Shown in pieces: positions 55,321 to 55,974 of a stretch of DNA of 55,974 nucleotides (position 1 is its first letter; each line of letters starts with the position of its first letter). A program made the position numbers and the translations under genes. The stretch lies in IMG/VR virus record IMGVR_UViG_3300049142_000052, positions 1-55,974 of that record; one strand, given 5' to 3'. The notes under the pieces are model-generated. The model did not search any database. It worked only from the letters and a program-made list of their open reading frames with translations, and was not told the origin of the DNA. Origin of the DNA: a virus. Taxonomy: Duplodnaviria > Caudoviricetes.

Positions 55321-55974
55321 TGGCCCGCGGACACGGACGCATCCTCACGAGTATCTGGGACGACGACGACTTCCTCGACCTCGACGAACGGCAGCAGCGC
55401 CTCTACCTGTTCCTCATCTCGCAGCCGAACCTGAACCACGCCGGCCTGCTCGACCTGACCCTGCGGCGTTGGTCCCGGAAGGCCCGCGGCCTCACCTCGG
55501 CCGAGCTGGAGAAGCTGCTGCACGACTTGGAGGCGGCCCGCTTCATCGTCATGGACGAGGACACCGAGGAGCTCCTCATCCGTTCCTTCGTCCGCAACGA
55601 CGGCGTGTGGAAGCAGCCGAAGGTCATGGGCGCCATGGTGTCCGGCGCCCTCGAGATCTCCTCCTGGCGGCTGCGGCACGCGCTCCTCGCCGAGATGGAC
55701 CGCATCCCGCTCGAGGAGCTCAGCGACGAGCCGACGAAGAGGCGCGACGGCACGCAAGGACCGTCGAATCGGCAGCAGGTTGTCGAGCACATCGAGGCTC
55801 TGCGCAAGGCGTTCGGCAACTCTCCCATCGACCCGTCCCGAAGGGGGTGCGGAACCCCCTCTGAACCCCCTTCGGGAACCCCCTCCGATACCCCTTCGCA
55901 ACCCCCTACCGAAGGGGGTCCGAAAGCCTCTACGCGCGGGCGCGCGCCCGCGTCACGCGCGCATTCCCCTGCCC
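55320..55974 (+). CDS. Replication initiator / replisome organizer (3' truncated; not in ORF track)
   Basis: TGATG overlap; MARGHGRILTSIWDDDDF..L...QQRLYLFLISQPNLNHAGLL...ELLIRSFVRNDG...QP. Confidence 0.75.
   Translation, partial: MARGHGRILTSIWDDDDFLDLDERQQRLYLFLISQPNLNHAGLLDLTLRRWSRKARGLTSAELEKLLHDLEAARFIVMDEDTEELLIRSFVRNDGVWKQPKVMGAMVSGALEISSWRLRHALLAEMDRIPLEELSDEPTKRRDGTQGPSNRQQVVEHIEALRKAFGNSPIDPSRRGCGTPSEPPSGTPSDTPSQPPTEGGPKASTRGRAPASRAHSPA
55839..55922. repeat. Iteron-like 12-bp repeats (probable origin) within initiator gene
   Basis: About five tandem (G/C)AACCCCCT(N)CG-type units flanked by inverted CGAAGGGGGT copies. Confidence 0.7.

Larger units (their letters stand above)
1..55974. 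mobile_element. Temperate actinophage (siphovirus-type, likely Streptomyces host), near-complete genome in attP-intact configuration
   Basis: Head, tail, lysis, integration, immunity and replication modules all present; no host housekeeping operons; phage genes flank the att region on both sides. Confidence 0.93.

Noticed and set aside
55839-55922. Repeats as a CRISPR array
   Set aside because: 12-bp period with no spacers, inside a coding region; fits iterons; no cas genes

Overview
The whole window is a very GC-rich temperate long-tailed (siphovirus-type) actinophage, most likely of Streptomyces (inferred from codon style, one in-frame TTA codon and typical gene families). It appears to be in the excised or virion-like configuration, because phage genes lie on both sides of an apparently intact attP. 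Gene order: end of a MerR-like HTH gene; GIY-YIG/T5orf172 nuclease; a displaced fibre cassette including a HylP-like hyaluronate-lyase fibre; two SAM methyltransferases; small cassette genes sharing a junction motif; HNH genes; candidate cos (~9267); terminase, portal, MuF-like, scaffold, capsid; a GT4 glycosyltransferase coupled to the capsid gene; neck and tail genes with a -1 frameshifted chaperone; tape measure with an NlpC/P60-like domain; tail tip; amidase endolysin plus several membrane proteins; an accessory region (two lipoproteins, a serine recombinase with a Zn-ribbon/GIY-YIG gene, many leaderless small genes, GntR and TTA-containing XRE regulators); attP carrying the 3' end of a PL11 rhamnogalacturonan lyase gene; tyrosine integrase; repressor/Cro/Xis switch; early genes (DnaN clamp, DEDDh exonuclease, YqaJ/RecT, ASCH); and an RHH-HNH-replication initiator module with iterons, cut by the window end. 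Best candidates for something new: (1) a virion glycosylation/methylation plus glycan-lyase fibre system; (2) integration into a polysaccharide-lyase gene with C-terminal replacement; (3) repeat-bounded gene cassettes; (4) conserved-loop intergenic hairpins. All family calls come from motif recognition by eye; no searches were run.
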